A DNA stretch of 64,000 nt from Spirochaetia bacterium (GTDB lineage: Bacteria > Spirochaetota > Spirochaetia > SP-2023): positions 1,664,001 to 1,728,000 of the forward strand of contig CBDDCK010000005.1 in NCBI GenBank assembly GCA_965225855.1. The letters are read 5' to 3'. The number at the start of each line of letters is the position of its first letter. Position 1 is the first letter of the stretch. Below, one piece after another: positions 30,073 to 39,794 of this stretch. A model generated the notes under the pieces. That model saw only the letters and a list, made by a program, of their open reading frames with translations. It was not told the DNA's origin and searched no databases. The position numbers were made by a program, and so were the translations under genes.

Positions 30073-31980
30073 ATGTATAAGCTCAAACTATTTTTATGGC
30101 CTGTAGCACTGCTACTGGCCTTTATGGCCTTGGCCTGCGCCCCACCCGATGACGATGATGGGCCATCTTCTGGGCCGACTATCAATAACGCCATCTACGA
30201 CTTTGCTACGGCACTGTTAACCGTACAAGGCACTAACTTAAGTCCTACAGAAGCGCAAATCCAAACCATCGTGGTAGATGGCCTAGCCTTCAGTTCCTAT
30301 TCTGCAGATGCTAAACCCACTGGGCCAGATAGTAGCGGTCTTGCAGAAGGTAAGTACCGCCTGAAAACCGATGGCACAGAGCTTTGGCTTAGACTTACCG
30401 ATGACGATAAAACTACTCTTGAGTCCAAGGTGGGTAGCAATGGTCTAAAAAAAGGGTTGCTTACTAGCACTGGTAGTTGGGCGGGTTTAGATACAGCCAA
30501 AGACTTAACCTATATACCCGATAAGCCATCTAAGCAAGCCGAACAAACCGAACAAGCTGAAGAAGAGTCGCCTAAGCAACCTAAAGACGAACAAGCCGAA
30601 CAAACCGAACAAGCTGAACAAGCCGAACAAGCCGAACAGCAGTCGCCTAAGCAAGCTGAACAAGCCGAACAGCAGTCGCCTAAGCAAGCTGAACAAGCCG
30701 AACAGCAGTCGCCTAAGCAAGCTGAACAAGCCGAACAGCAGTCGCCTAAGCAAGCTGAACAAGCCGAACAGCAGTCGCCTAAGCAAGCTGAACAAGCCGA
30801 ACAAGAGTCGCCTAAGCAAGCCGAACAAGCTGAACAAGCCGAACAAGCTGAACAAGCTGAACAAGCCGCAATTACCGGTGCAAGCTACCATGTTGGCACG
30901 GCGCTGTTAACTTTACAAGGTTCTAACTTAAGTCCTACAACTGCGACCCAAGCCCAAATCCAAACTATCAGGGTAGCTGGCTTAGCCTTCAGTGCCTATA
31001 ATGCAGATGGCACAGCCACTGGGCCAGATAGTCGTGGTCTTGCAAAAGGTAAGTACCGTATGAAAAGCGATGGCACAGCGCTTTGGCTTTACCTTACCGA
31101 TGACGATAAAGATGCTCTGAATGGCAAGACAGGTATGGATAGCAATGGTCTAAAAGATGGGTTGCTTACTAGCACTGGTGCTTGGGCGGGTTTAGATACA
31201 GCCAAAGCCTTGGCCGTTAGTGGAAACCCCGCACCCACAATTACCAGTGCAACCTACAATGTTGCTACAGGCGTGTTAGTGATTACAGGTGTCAATTTAC
31301 CGTCAACAGTGAATCGCTGGGACTTCAGCAAATTGAGGTTTGTTGCAGGTAATGGTGAGAAGAGTCAACCATTAACACGGCACAGCCCAAAAAGAACTGA
31401 CCACTTCGCCAAAGGTTCTAATGCAAGTGCAACAAGCTTAACGATTACTTTAAATGGTAGTCAAAAAGCCAAAGCCGATAAGATATTGGTTAAGAATGGT
31501 CTTCGTGATGATAATGGTGGATACAACCTGGAAGCAGCAGCAGGATTTGCAGGTGGTAACGCTGAAGACACAAGCAATAACCCTATTACCGTTAGTGGGT
31601 ATGTAGTCACAATCAATGATGCATTCTACTCTGCTAATAAAGGCCGGTTAATTATTTCTGGTACTAATTTACCGACAACAGTTGCAGACTGGGACTTTAG
31701 CAAATTGACGCTTGTATCCGGTGATGGTAGTAATAGCTACACATTACCACGGCACGCAACTGCAGGTGCAAACACAGCCACAGGTTCTAGTGCAAATAAA
31801 ATCAGCTTAATTATTTTTTTAAGCGGTACTGTAAAAGCCAAAGCCGATGCTATACTGGTTAAGAATGGTAAAAGTGATAATGCTGGTGCATACAACCTTA
31901 AAGCAGCAGCAGGATTTGCAACGGGTAGCGAAGCAGACCCAACCAATCCTATTGAAGTTGCAGGAGTTGGTAGTAAGTAG
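30073..31980 (+). CDS. Modular repeat surface lipoprotein, paralog 2 (2 A + 2 B)
   Basis: RBS and ATG at 30073; lipobox MALAC; long QAEQ linker. Confidence 0.85.
   Translation: MYKLKLFLWPVALLLAFMALACAPPDDDDGPSSGPTINNAIYDFATALLTVQGTNLSPTEAQIQTIVVDGLAFSSYSADAKPTGPDSSGLAEGKYRLKTDGTELWLRLTDDDKTTLESKVGSNGLKKGLLTSTGSWAGLDTAKDLTYIPDKPSKQAEQTEQAEEESPKQPKDEQAEQTEQAEQAEQAEQQSPKQAEQAEQQSPKQAEQAEQQSPKQAEQAEQQSPKQAEQAEQQSPKQAEQAEQESPKQAEQAEQAEQAEQAEQAAITGASYHVGTALLTLQGSNLSPTTATQAQIQTIRVAGLAFSAYNADGTATGPDSRGLAKGKYRMKSDGTALWLYLTDDDKDALNGKTGMDSNGLKDGLLTSTGAWAGLDTAKALAVSGNPAPTITSATYNVATGVLVITGVNLPSTVNRWDFSKLRFVAGNGEKSQPLTRHSPKRTDHFAKGSNASATSLTITLNGSQKAKADKILVKNGLRDDNGGYNLEAAAGFAGGNAEDTSNNPITVSGYVVTINDAFYSANKGRLIISGTNLPTTVADWDFSKLTLVSGDGSNSYTLPRHATAGANTATGSSANKISLIIFLSGTVKAKADAILVKNGKSDNAGAYNLKAAAGFATGSEADPTNPIEVAGVGSK
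30619..30816 (+). repeat. Coding 33-bp tandem repeat x6 (QAEQAEQQSPK)
   Basis: Units end at 30651, 30684, 30717, 30750, 30783, 30816. Confidence 0.95.
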
Positions 31981-32231
31981 GGTTTTGTTTAACTGCGCTT
32001 GCATTTGCATTTGAAAATTGCAACCTTGGTAAGTTTTTTAGCAAGGTTGCTTTTGCCTATTATAGAGACTGCCTGCTCATGTTACATCTTATACTGCTTG
32101 TATTGGTTGTTGTCTAATTACAATAGAGTGTTTGGCAACAAGGTAAAGAGAACTTCACTAATGGCATCACAACCTGAATGCAAACCATGAAAATCCATAA
32201 TCTTTGTCCAACCCCAATTTATATATTCCAG

Positions 32232-32606
32232 TTATATATTCCAGCTTTTACCCACAACCATAGCTTGTTGTAATACTAATTCAATCGCTTCTTTTTGCTC
32301 GTCGGGTGGGTATTTGTATTTTTTAAGTAGTCGTTTAATTTTGAGCCTCACTTTAGCCAGTACATTTTCTCGCTTTGTCCAATCTACGGTAACCAATTTG
32401 GCAAGATCAGAACGAATCATACGGGCTAACTCAATCAAGACAGGCTCCTGCATATTTTCTACTGCGGATTTGTTTTCGCAAATGGCATTATAAAAAGCCA
32501 TCTCTTCGGGTGATAACCCTAAGGTCTGACCCTCTTTTTGTTTTTGGTTTAATTCTTCGGCAATTTTGATAATTTCTTGTATCGCTTGTGCTGTTGTTAA
32601 GGAATC
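32232..32606 (-). pseudogene. hsdR: Type I R-M HsdR C-terminal fragment (DUF3387-like)
   Basis: LGLSPEEMAFY, TVDWTKRENV.AK.R..IKRLL.KYKYPPD. Confidence 0.85.
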
Positions 32607-32668
32607 GATCCCCATGTCAAGCATGAACATGACGAGTTTCCGTCATTGTCGTACTTGATACGACAATC
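32607..32668. repeat. Pair of inverted REP/RPE-like short palindromic units
   Basis: GTCATTGTCGTACTTGATACGACAATC plus a degenerate inverted GTCAT..CTTGA..GATC unit. Confidence 0.55.
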
Positions 32669-32744
32669 TATATTTTTAATTAAATTTGATAAATATGTTA
32701 TTTTACAACCCTCCATAAACGAATAAAGATATATATAATATAGG

Positions 32745-33722
32745 TTAATTCTCTTGAATATCATAACCTAGCTTTTTTGCATATTTTACAAATTTGTCTA
32801 TCCATTCTTTATTCCATTGATTAGAAATGACATAAGTTTTATTACCTATTTTTAGCAATTCACCTTCTTCAATAAAATATCTTGTCTTATCTTTGACTTG
32901 TTCAAGCTCAACAAATAATTTTGAACCCTTAATATCATTTGGAAAATCTTTTATTAATTTTTCATAAGATATCTCTTGGGTGTCTTTTATATATCTTAAC
33001 CATACATTACGAACCAGCCCCCTTTTACCAAGGTTAGTTTCTCCATTAAAATTATACCTAGTCTTATCTCTTGTCCCTTTTAATGTTTGTCTTTTTTCTT
33101 CTTTTTGTTCTCTAACCTGCACTTGATAGCTTTCAATATCAGGTAATGGTATGATTTGTCGAACATCAACCAATATCTCATCATTTAATTTATATGGAAC
33201 AAGCTTATGACATTGAATATCTAAATTTCTTTCATTAAGCCACATCACAGAAGTTGTAAGTTCTTTTGAAAAATCACTTGCTACTAATATGATTCTTACA
33301 TTAGAAGCAAAATTTCCAATATCATCATCAATAAAACTTGATAATTCATCTTTAGCATTTAATTCATTTTCAATAGATGATAAATATTCAGAATATATAT
33401 CAACAGCCTTGCTAAATGTTAATGTAGAAATCATTGAAGCGTATCTAATAGCTTGTAAATCCATATGTTCACCTGTTTCAGTTCGTTTAAGTTCTATCAC
33501 AACAATATTTCCAGACTTATCAACACCAAGTAAATCTATTCGTTTTTTACTATCATTCCATTGACAAACTTCTTCAGCAATAATTAATATATCAGATGTG
33601 ATGACACCTATTTGCTTTTTCAAAGCATTTTGAATATGTTGTCTTTCCAAAATGTTTTCCTTTTCAAAACTTGTTTTTTCTATTTCTTCAAAATTATCAT
33701 TATTAAATTTGAAAATTGCCAT
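32745..33722 (-). CDS. NucS-like (PD-(D/E)xK) endonuclease domain protein
   Basis: GGGAG RBS before MAIFKF; RIDLLGVD..GNIVVIELKR; QAIRYA; C-terminal SNQW. Confidence 0.8.
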   Translation of the reverse strand: MAIFKFNNDNFEEIEKTSFEKENILERQHIQNALKKQIGVITSDILIIAEEVCQWNDSKKRIDLLGVDKSGNIVVIELKRTETGEHMDLQAIRYASMISTLTFSKAVDIYSEYLSSIENELNAKDELSSFIDDDIGNFASNVRIILVASDFSKELTTSVMWLNERNLDIQCHKLVPYKLNDEILVDVRQIIPLPDIESYQVQVREQKEEKRQTLKGTRDKTRYNFNGETNLGKRGLVRNVWLRYIKDTQEISYEKLIKDFPNDIKGSKLFVELEQVKDKTRYFIEEGELLKIGNKTYVISNQWNKEWIDKFVKYAKKLGYDIQEN

Positions 33723-33747
33723 TAGATTACTCCCTTTAAAACTTTTT

Positions 33748-34180
33748 AAAACTTTTTGTAGCATTGTATCAACTTTTTTTGAGAAATTAGTTTGTAATTT
33801 ACCCAATTTACCCTTTGGGTAGCAATTTGGGTAGCAATATACCACACTAAAACGACCATTCTATGGCACAAGAGCCGCAAGGTAAAGACCAAAGGGCTTC
33901 AGATAAAAAAAGCCAAAAACATAGCCAAACGATTATTAATGATCGGCTGGTAAAACAAATTTTAGCTAAGGCTAAGGTTAAATTTGAGAACAATACCGAT
34001 AAATAAATACCCCAGCCCCCTCTATCCATAGAATAACCTCGCACCTATTGATAGAATCGACCTAAACCTATTGATAGGATAGCTCCCAACTATATAATAG
34101 AATCGACTCAAATCTATTAATAGGATAGCCTCCCACTTATTAATACCCTAGTCTTTAATGAAATTTTCTACATCGGCAAT
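33748..34180. repeat. 433-bp direct repeat, copy A
   Basis: Near-identical to 36631-37063 at a constant offset of 2883. Confidence 0.95.
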
Positions 34181-35100
34181 GACAACAATATTATCGCGTT
34201 GATTTAATGTAGGGAATTTATCTTCGTTATCTTGCAAGGCAAATTTTTGAATGGTTGTTAATAATATACCGCCCGATATGCGGGAATTCAAAAATTCACG
34301 CAAGCCATTTCGGCTGTCGGCTTGTTGAGTATGACCTACTAATTTAATGGCGTTTGCAAAAGTTTGATAGAGTTGGCGATCTAAATATTGACGGTCGGTT
34401 ACAATAATAAATGTGGGATTATTCATTTTGGGTTGTTGGCGCAATTTAGCGACATAAAACACCATAGATATGGATTTGCCCAATCCTTGCGTGTGCCAAA
34501 ATACGCCAGACCTTAGTTATTGAGCCTACACCCGTATATGCACCATCGGATAACACATTGACTAGGTTAAAAGTAAATAAATCATCGATTTGGGATTGGT
34601 AGGTTTGTATTTGATTATAGGCATTTTCCAGCGTGGCGTGTTCATCGGCAGGATTTTTTAGCTCGATGACGACCAAAGGTAAGCCGTTAAGATAGACAAC
34701 CAAATCGGGACGGCGTTTTTCGTATGCCCCTTGTATCGATAGCTGGGCAATCACTTCAAAATCATTATTTGTTGGCTGGTTAAAATCAATCAATTTAATG
34801 ATTGCTGTTTGCTCTTCATTATTGGTAACACGGGTTATTTTTACACTGCCCAAAAGCATTTCGTGCGCGCTGCGGTTACGGGAAAATAAATTGGGATTAT
34901 CGGATAAATCTTGTATCTTTTGGATTACTTCGTCTACTTCAGATGGGCTTGTATTTAGGTTTAAGTCTTGAATTTTTTTGTCTAAGGGTTTCTGTATCAA
35001 TGGCCTTATTGACAACCAAATGATTTGCAGCGGTGATTTTATAATCCAAATTAGCAAACCATTTTTTACATTCCTGTTCTATGGTGTTTTCGTTAATCAT
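34148..35100 (-). pseudogene. hsdR: Type I R-M HsdR N-terminal and helicase fragments (frameshifted, deleted, truncated)
   Basis: MINENTIEQ start; RRPDLVVYLNGLPLVVIELKN; WHTQGLGKS; VTDR..LD.QL; TTIQKF; ends at IAD. Confidence 0.9.
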
Positions 35101-35381
35101 TTTTTAATCTTTTTCTTTAAGTTATCATAAAAATTTTGATGTGAGCCAAGGTATAAAAGCGTTAATATGATTTGTGATTCATTAAATTGATAAGCCAATA
35201 AAGTCCATTGATTTTGCATGTTAAATTTATACACTTGTATATCTGCAAGGTCGCCTGTTTTTAATTTGCCAATATTTGGATTTTCCATAATAGCTCTAAT
35301 GGCAATATACAAATCATCTTTTTGATTTTTATGTAGTTTTTTCACAGCTTTTTTAAATGAAGGTAATTCTTTAATTTGCAT
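35097..35381 (-). CDS. RelE/ParE family toxin
   Basis: F.KAVKKL...NPNIG.LKTGDL...VYKF...GSHQNFY. Confidence 0.85.
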   Translation of the reverse strand: MQIKELPSFKKAVKKLHKNQKDDLYIAIRAIMENPNIGKLKTGDLADIQVYKFNMQNQWTLLAYQFNESQIILTLLYLGSHQNFYDNLKKKIKK

Positions 35382-35599
35382 TATTCAAATTCAAAAGGAG
35401 TTGTTTTTCCTTCTTTTTGTTCTTCTAAAGCCTTTAAAGTACCAATGATAAATTGCACGGGTAAATCGGGATTTTCAAGAGCGACTTTGCCAATTTCTGC
35501 CCAATACTCAATCTGTTTTGCCGTAGTGCGTTGCTCTACTTTAGCGTGAATTTTGGCATCGTTGATAATGCTATCGCTTAATCTAATGGTTTTTGTCAT
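35381..35599 (-). CDS. ParD-like antitoxin
   Basis: IRLSD...AK......R...KQIEYWA.IGK...ENPDLP; TAATG coupling to the toxin gene. Confidence 0.85.
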   Translation of the reverse strand: MTKTIRLSDSIINDAKIHAKVEQRTTAKQIEYWAEIGKVALENPDLPVQFIIGTLKALEEQKEGKTTPFEFE

Positions 35600-35656
35600 T
35601 GGGTTTCTCCTTTGTTTATATTATTCAGATTATGAATATTTATCACTATCATTGAA

Positions 35657-36544
35657 TCAATCAAAATTAAATTCTTGTTGTCTATCATCAATTTTCTTTT
35701 TTTGACCTTTTTTTGTAATAATAGGTTTCGATGTTTTATCTTCTTTAAATTCAAAAACCTCTTTCACTGAATAACTTTTGCTCACTTCATTTTCAAAGTC
35801 ATCATAAGTAGTTGTGATTTGTAGCTTAGCCTCCATTTTACTTTCACTAGAAAATGTATATTTGCCTTGTATAACATTTTCTTTAAAGTTGTTATCACCC
35901 ATACTAAAATCAATTTTTTCATTTTGATAAATGCCTCTCCATTTATAATTACCCCCTTTTAATACAGGTGAAATAATCTCAATAGACGCATTGTCATCTA
36001 TTTTAATATACTTATTGTCAGTAACTATAAAGTTATCAAAATCCTTTCGTTCTACAATTGTTTCATTTTTATCTTCGGAACCTTGGAAGCCCACTTGGGT
36101 TACTTTTTGGTAACTTTTAAGTTTTTTATAAAATTTTGAAGTTTCCCGCTCTATTTTTTCATCTTGTAGCTTTGCTAAAGTTTCTTGTTTAATTTGAATA
36201 TCTAATTGTTTAATCTCTTCATCTAAGACAAGGTTTTTCAATTTCTGTTTGTCTATATCCCATTTTTCAGTCGTATAATAAAATAATAAATCATTAAGTG
36301 AAGGAGCAAATACCACAAGTGCTGTATAAAATATGACCTCTTTTAAGCCGCCCTCTTGATATGCTTCAGTTTCCAAGATAAGTTCAATATCTAAACTTTT
36401 ACTAACTTTATTAATAATGCTTAATATATTACTTTCAGCTTGATTTCTTACAAAAGCATCCATACTGTGTGAATCATCATTAAAATAATAATGAATTGTA
36501 AATTCTTGTCTTATAAACTGATTTTTATCTGATTTTTCACTCAT
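35657..36544 (-). CDS. Hypothetical protein within the R-M island
   Basis: Intact 295-aa low-GC ORF overlapping the stop of an hsdS remnant. Confidence 0.7.
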   Translation of the reverse strand: MSEKSDKNQFIRQEFTIHYYFNDDSHSMDAFVRNQAESNILSIINKVSKSLDIELILETEAYQEGGLKEVIFYTALVVFAPSLNDLLFYYTTEKWDIDKQKLKNLVLDEEIKQLDIQIKQETLAKLQDEKIERETSKFYKKLKSYQKVTQVGFQGSEDKNETIVERKDFDNFIVTDNKYIKIDDNASIEIISPVLKGGNYKWRGIYQNEKIDFSMGDNNFKENVIQGKYTFSSESKMEAKLQITTTYDDFENEVSKSYSVKEVFEFKEDKTSKPIITKKGQKKKIDDRQQEFNFD

Positions 36545-36725
36545 TGCTTACCCTCACCTTCCCACTAATCAACTTCGGCAAAAGCGTATCCCTAATTTTA
36601 GTTAAAGTTTGGTTTTCTTGTTGATTATTCAAAACTTTTTGTAGCATTGTATCAACTTTTTTTGAGAAATTAGTTTGTAATTTACCCAATTTACCCTTTG
36701 GGTAGCAATTTGGGTAGCAATATAC
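36537..36725 (-). pseudogene. hsdS: hsdS 3' remnant
   Basis: ENQTLTKIRDTLLPKLISGKVRV, nearly the same as the C-terminus of the hsdS at 37031. Confidence 0.85.
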
Positions 36726-37063
36726 CACACTAAAACGAGCATTCTATGGCACAAGAGCCGCAAGGTAAAGGCGAAAGGGCTTCAGATAAAAAAAGCCAAA
36801 AACATAGCCAAACGATTATTAATGATCGGCTGGTAAAACAAATTTTAGCTAAGGCTAAGGTTAAATTTGAGAACAATACCGATAAATAAATACCCCAGCC
36901 CCCTCTATCCATAGAATAACCTCGCACCTATTGATAGAATCGACCTAAATCTATTGATAGGATAGCTCCCAACTATATAATAGAATCGACTCAAATCTAT
37001 TGATAGGATAGCCTCCCACTTATTAATACCCTAGTCTTTAATGAAATTTTCTACATCGGCAAT
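36631..37063. repeat. 433-bp direct repeat, copy B
   Basis: Matches 33748-34180. Confidence 0.95.
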
Positions 37064-38259
37064 ACGCAGTTTGCCCGATAGTAGTTGTGGCAATAGCGTA
37101 TCCCGTATTTTAGTTAAAGTTTGGTTTTCTAATTTATTTTTCCATATTTGGTGTAATAATCTGAATACATATTTTTCAAATACTTCTGTTAAATTATTAT
37201 TTGGAACTATTGTTGTTTTGCTCATAAATTCGGGCATATGACCTTTATATTCTGTGAATTGAATTGCATCAAGTGATGAATAATGTAGCCAAGTTGTTGC
37301 AACCCCTTTTCCATAATATACAAAAATATTTTGTATCGTAGAAAATGGATAGTATATTAGTCGTCTATAACAGGTATGATTTGCAAATGTAGCAACTGGT
37401 TTATCAAATGAGGCTTCTACTCCTGCCTCATCATTATGATAACCGATTATTCCACTTTTTCCTTGATCTAATACTGGTATATTCCCTTTTTCATTAGATG
37501 TTTTGTTATCATATCTTTTACCTGTTTTTATCTTTTTAATTAAATTTTCAAATTTCTTCACCTCCCAGCCCAAAGGTAAGCCATCATCACCAAAGGTGCT
37601 GGGGAATAGCTCAAGGGTGGCTTCGTCCATATACAAGGCTTTGGCGATTTGGGCTTTGCTGGAATATTCGCCTTTGTTAAATTTGATGAGGCATGTACGG
37701 GGTCGAAATCCACAAACCACGATTGAAATATTGCCTGTGCCATTTGTTCTAAAGTGGCGTTCATTTGGCGGTTGTTTTCGATTTTATCATCAAGTGAAGA
37801 TAAAACTTGATTTAATCTTATTCTCTCTTCTCTATTAGGTATGATAATATTTATCTTTTCAAGATTACCTTTGCTTAGTTTGGGTTGTACAGCACCTGTA
37901 ATATAAGGTGATATATCTAAATTCTTAAAAAAGTATTGCAAATATGTTAAAGCCCCCTCATCTTTTTCACTTAAAATGTGAGCATGATTATTAACCCAAA
38001 ATTTTCCTTTTGCTTTGAAGCATATGGGGGTATTGCGAGTTTTTAGATTTTCACCATCTTCTGATATTAGTAAAAATTCACCATCAAAAATGTATTGATT
38101 TATATAATCAACAATCCCTGAAGCTCCATAATATGGATATTTCCCTTGCATAGTAGAACGCTCAATAGCACTTAATGGAATACGTTTGTGGTTTTCAAAA
38201 ACACAAACCTCCCCCAACCGAACCGTTTGCCAACCTGTGGGCAAAAAATCATTACACAT
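37031..38259 (-). pseudogene. hsdS: Type I R-M specificity subunit with a frameshift near 37690
   Basis: LPTGWQ..YPYYGASG..WVNNHAH..LDDKIENN..WFVDFDPV, then a frame change to LP.GWE..IRDTLLPQLLSG. Confidence 0.9.
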
Positions 38260-38584
38260 CGTTATCCCCTGTTTTGGTATAAAAAACCACATATCGCTTT
38301 TGGATTTCCTGCTTAAAGCTTTGGGGTATATGCTCCCACGCCACAAGGTCGATAAGGTGCGGCACATTGCATTCGGCGAATAACTGCTTGAGTTGGTATA
38401 TAGGGGCATTTTCACCCAGTATGACGAGGTCTAAATCTGTACCCGCATAAATATCATTGTTGTTGTCCCCGACACGGCTACCATAAGCCCAGACGCTATG
38501 CTGTGGGCAAGTGGATTTGATGATGTCTAAGATAATGACTTTATGCCTATGGGCTAAGTGTAATTTAAGATTGTTCGATAGCAC
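38252..38584 (-). CDS. Minimal nucleotidyltransferase (MNT) antitoxin
   Basis: VWAYGSRV...TDLDLVI...IDLV. Confidence 0.85.
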   Translation of the reverse strand: MLSNNLKLHLAHRHKVIILDIIKSTCPQHSVWAYGSRVGDNNNDIYAGTDLDLVILGENAPIYQLKQLFAECNVPHLIDLVAWEHIPQSFKQEIQKRYVVFYTKTGDNDV

Positions 38585-38990
38585 GGGCGAGTACCTTAGC
38601 GTCTTTGATAAATTGCTCCATAAAATGTAGCGTCTCATTGGCAAAATATTCGCCATAATTGTGGGCTGTATCGTTGCGATTATCTCTGTATATAAACCAG
38701 CGTTGTACAAGGTCTTGCTCTAATAAGCCGTGTTGCAAAGCATACTTAAATAGCTCTTTATAAGTGAGTTTATAAACCGCTTGGCTACTGGCGAAATAAG
38801 GCTTTAGCACTTTTCTTAGTAATTTGGCTGATTGCTCTATGGTCATCTCAAAGGCTTTGACGACGGAATTGCGGTAAATATCGTAGGCATTTTCATCAAT
38901 CGATTCGTCTTGTTCTAAAAGCCCATTATAAGATTTTTCTAATGTTGCAATGCAACGGTTTAAAAATACGGTGTTAATGTGATTTGCCAT
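38565..38990 (-). CDS. HEPN (HI0074-like) toxin / nucleotidyltransferase substrate-binding protein
   Basis: VKAFEMTIE...RNDTAHNY (Rx4H motif). Confidence 0.85.
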   Translation of the reverse strand: MANHINTVFLNRCIATLEKSYNGLLEQDESIDENAYDIYRNSVVKAFEMTIEQSAKLLRKVLKPYFASSQAVYKLTYKELFKYALQHGLLEQDLVQRWFIYRDNRNDTAHNYGEYFANETLHFMEQFIKDAKVLARAIEQS

Positions 38991-39275
38991 ATTTTCTCAT
39001 TTTTGTAACTTATTTTTTACACTTTGTCTGTTGGATTATGCTTTCTATGGTTTGTATATCCTCCATATCGGATTTTAAGGCATCTTGTTTTTTTCGCTTT
39101 GCGATTTTGGTAGCACTGTATTTCGTTATGGCTTATTAATTCTTTACTCATCAAAACTTACTCCCACTTTGGCTATTAATTTTTATAAACGATAATATTT
39201 TTTGACAAATCAATCAAAATATTGTAAAATCCCCATCGTATTAAGACGAAAAGGGGTTCGAAAAGTGCAAGTGCT

Positions 39276-39794
39276 TTAGCCACCCTTTTCTTTATTTATG
39301 TTTGTTTTTGCATCACTTAGAAAAGCCCGAAATTGGTTGCCTAATTTTTTGTACAAAGAGGAAGCAAAGTTTTTATTGGGGAATAAAATTTTCTCAAATC
39401 TATTTTTACTTACCAAATAATCTACAACTTTTTTATAATCACCATCACCAGATACCAAAACTATTTTATTAAAGTCTTTTTCGATCAAACTTTTCATCAT
39501 TTCAAAGACCATATCCGTATCTACATTGCCTTTTTTAGGACTATTTGAAATTTTATGGTGTTCTTTAAATAGGATTACAAAACCTGACTCTTGTAATTTA
39601 CTGTATAAATTTTGTTGTTCTTCATCTAAATAGCCTAAAAAATAGTAGGCTATTTTGACCTTGTATTTTTCCTTGAGATAAACTCTAAATTTCGCGTAGT
39701 CTATACGCCAATCTTCCATTTGTGTGCCACGATGTAAGTTTTGCCCATCAACAAACGCTATATTTTCAATGGGTTGTTTTTGCTTACCTGTCAA
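39276..39794 (-). CDS. NYN (LabA/DUF88) domain nuclease
   Basis: FVDGQNL; KGNVDTD; LVSGDGDY. Confidence 0.9.
   Translation of the reverse strand: MTGKQKQPIENIAFVDGQNLHRGTQMEDWRIDYAKFRVYLKEKYKVKIAYYFLGYLDEEQQNLYSKLQESGFVILFKEHHKISNSPKKGNVDTDMVFEMMKSLIEKDFNKIVLVSGDGDYKKVVDYLVSKNRFEKILFPNKNFASSLYKKLGNQFRAFLSDAKTNINKEKGG

Noticed and set aside
30505..30891. Antisense LFGLFSLLRRL repeat ORF and similar shadow ORFs
   Set aside because: They are reverse-strand shadows of coding repeats or of well-supported genes.
33723..33845. N-terminal extension MVYCYPNCYPK... of the NucS-like ORF
   Set aside because: It comes from the duplicated hsdS remnant; a good RBS supports the ATG at 33722.
33847..34044. 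65-aa ORFs here and at 36730-36927, and the 87-aa ORF at 41401-41664
   Set aside because: They are translations of the non-coding repeat and element end, with no protein-like features.
39000..39155. Possible RhuM-like remnant between the NYN and HEPN genes
   Set aside because: Too short and frameshifted to support without a search.
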